A DNA stretch of 64,000 bases from Mobula hypostoma (lineage: Eukaryota): NCBI RefSeq assembly GCF_963921235.1, contig NC_086108.1:54686001-54750000 (forward strand). Reading direction: 5' to 3'. Made by a program: the position numbers and the translations under genes. The stretch's first letter is position 1, and the number at the start of each line of letters is the position of its first letter. The notes under the pieces are model-generated. The model saw nothing but the letters and a program-made list of their open reading frames with translations, had not been told where the DNA came from and made no database searches. Shown here in pieces: positions 61,218 to 64,000 of this stretch.

Positions 61218-64000
61218 TTTTTCTTTCTTTTTAAATCTTTTTATTAAATTAGTACACACAGGGTAAAACATATAGCAACCAATACATTGTTACGATATAG
61301 ATATACAAGAAATATTAATACAAATAAAACCAATGAAAACAACATAGGTTAGTTAAAAAATAACAAGGTAATATAATTGTATACTAGTTTTCTATATAAC
61401 GGTAAAGAGGAAAAAAAAAACCCCGAAGAAACTGCCCCCCCAAAAAAAACTACCGTGCTACTAAGCTACAAAGCAAAGCAATGGGCTAGCTAAGTAAATA
61501 GTAGACTTAACCAGATTAAACAATCACGTCCTCAAACCCGGCCTCCATTAATAGCAGATAAAATCCACGAAGGGGGTATATATATGATCAGAGAGAAAAA
61601 AAGTTGCATTAAATGAAAATATTGAATAAAAGATCTCCAGGTCTGTTCAAAGTTAACTGAAGTATCATAAAGATTACTTCTGATTTTTTCCAAATTTAGA
61701 CACAGAATTGTTTGAGAGAACCAGAAAAACGTAGTTGGGGCATTAATCTCCTTCCAATGTTGTAAAATACACCTTTTCGCCATTAAAGTAAGAAATGCAA
61801 TCATTTTACGTGCTGAGGGAGATAAATTACTAGAAGTTTTAGGTAATCCAAAGATAGCAGTAATAGGATGGGGAGAAATATCACTATTCAAAACCTTTGA
61901 AATAATATTAAAAATGTTTTTCCAAAAAGTTTCCAGAGTAGGACAAGACCAAAACATATGGGTCAGGGAGGCTATCTCGCCATGTCATCTATTACAAAGT
62001 GGGTTAATATGAGAATAAAAACGAGCTAATTTATCTTTAGACATGTGTGCTCTGTGGACAACTTTAAACTGAATTAAGGAGTGTTTGGAACAGTTAGAGG
62101 AAGTATTAACTAGTTGTAAAATATGAGCCCAGTCATCCGCCGAGATAATGAGGCCCAATTCCTTTTCCCAGTCGGTCCTAATCTTATTGAATGGAGCCAT
62201 CCTAAATTTCATGATAATATTACAAATAATAGCCGTTACACCTTTCTGACACGGGTTGAGGTTAGTGATAGCGTCTAAAATATTTGTAGGGGGTAATGCC
62301 GGAGGGGAAGAAAGTATGGTATTTAGGAAATTTCTAACTTGCAAATATCTAAAAAAAAACGTGTCCTTGGTAAATTATATTTGTTAGGTAACTGATTAAA
62401 AGACATAAGGGATCCATCTGAAAGTAAATCAAAAAACCGTGATATACCATTAGTCTTCCAAATTTGAAAGGCACGGTCCATAGAGGAGGGAAGAAAAAAT
62501 ATATTGCCAATAATAGGAATTGCTAGCACAAATTGATTAAGATCGAAAAATTTTCGGAATTGAAACCAAATGTGTAAGGTATGTTTAACTATCGGGTTGC
62601 AAACCTGTTTATAACGTTTCAAATCGGAAGGAAGAGAAGAACCTCATATAGAGCCAAGTGCATAGCCTTGAACAGAATGTAATTCCAAAACTACCCAGTT
62701 AGGAATGGATAGTGTATCTTGGTCGAATAACCAAAATTTCATGTGTCAAATATTAATTGCCCAATAATAAAATCTAAAGTTAGGTAATGCCAAGCCTCCA
62801 TCTCTCTTAGCTTTCTGTAGATGTATTCTACCCAATCTCGGAAATAAATGAAGAGAGTTTCGAGTCTACCAAAAAAGGATTTTGGAACAAAAATCGGTAA
62901 TGCCTGAAATATATACAAAAATTTTGGCAGAATAAACATTTTAACAGCATTAATATGACCAGTCAAAGTTAAATAAAGTGGAGACCATTTATAGGAAAGT
63001 TGTGTAATATAGTCAATTAAGAGTAAGAAATTAGTCTTAAATAAATCCTTGTGTTTACAGGTAATTTTAATCCCAAAATATGAAGAATGATTATTAACCA
63101 ATCTAAGTGGCAGGTTCTGATATAAGGGAACATGCTTATTAATAGGGAAGAGTTCACTCTTACTAAGATTTAATTTGTATCCTGAAAAGAGACTAAATTG
63201 TGCTAATAAATCTGGATGCTGGAGTAGATTTTTGAGGATTAGAAATATATAAAAGTAAGTCATCAGCATAAAGTGATACTTTATGAGACTTTAACCCACG
63301 AGTTATACTAATAATGTTAGGAGATTCTCGAATAGCAATTGCAAGAGGTTCTAATGCAATATCAAATAATAAAGGGCTAAGAGGACAACCTTATCTGGTA
63401 CCTCGAAAGAGAGGGAAAAAAGGTGAATGAAGAGTGTTAGTACGAACTGAGGCCGTAGGAGAGTGGTATAACAATTTGATCCAGGATATAAATTTCGGGC
63501 TGAAGTTAAACATTTCAAGCACCTTAAATAAGTAGGGCCATTCGACCCTGTCAAAGGCTTTTTCAGCGTCAAGGGAAATGACACATTCCGGATCGTTTTG
63601 TGACGGGGTATAGACAATATTTAAAAGTGTACGAATATTATAAAAAGAGTAACAATTCTTAATAAAACCTGTTTGGTCTTCCGAAATAATATAAGGAAGT
63701 GCTTTTTCTAGTCTATTTGCTAATAATTTAGAAAAAATCTTAGAGTCAACATTTAGCAAGGATGTTGGTCTATAAGATGCACATTGAGCAGGGTCTTTAT
63801 CCTTCTTTAGTATGAAAGAGATCGAGGGTCTATAAAAGGATTCTGGTAGTTTACCAAGTTTTAATGAGGCCTCCAGAATCCTGGATAACCAGGGGACTAA
63901 TGAGGGTGCAAACAAATTTTTTTTAATTCCACGGTAAACCCATCAGGGCCAGGAGCTTTCCCCGAATTCATAGAGAAAATAACATTCTTGATCTCGTCAG
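61218..64000 (-). mobile_element. Second, different L1-clade LINE (RT and C-terminus), running off the window
   Basis: ISLDAEKAFDRVEW, RGTR.GCPLSPLLF, YADD and HMFWSCP. T-rich tail at ~61218-61245. Confidence 0.9.

Noticed and set aside
1..64000. CRISPR arrays, operons or other prokaryotic systems; the upstream neighbour gene; the mammalian-type MKDSENK first exon
   Set aside because: The sequence is intron-containing vertebrate DNA with no regularly spaced repeat-spacer array. No such additional exons were recognisable by eye.

Overview
This is vertebrate genomic DNA, not prokaryotic. It is probably from a cartilaginous fish (ray or shark), inferred from HE1-like SINEs and the mix of CR1, Rex1, Penelope and L1 repeats. 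One host gene is recognisable: the 5' part of DNAJC6 (neuronal auxilin) on the + strand. Its five coding exons (34943-35189, 50177-50315, 54531-54580, 55735-55883, 56091-56213) have phase-consistent GT-AG junctions and encode the N-terminus plus most of the PTEN-like phosphatase domain; the gene continues past the window. Most of the rest is nested transposable elements: an IR/DR Tc1 transposon, Rex1/Babar, CR1, RTE and L1 LINEs, a decayed Gypsy pol, three solo LTRs, a Tigger/pogo derivative, SINEs and many Penelope-like (GIY-YIG) fragments. The main observations are four. (1) An exact REST/RE1 silencer core lies inside the coding 3' end of exon 1 and overlaps an alternative strong-Kozak start. 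(2) Young Penelope-derived insertions carry minimal hammerhead ribozyme motifs, inverted tails and 8-15 bp target-site duplications (TSDs). (3) A spacer-less ~78 bp palindrome sits next to a templated inversion/duplication mosaic. (4) Transposons are nested several levels deep. Family assignments and cross-species comparisons come from motif recognition and recalled sequences, not from database searches.
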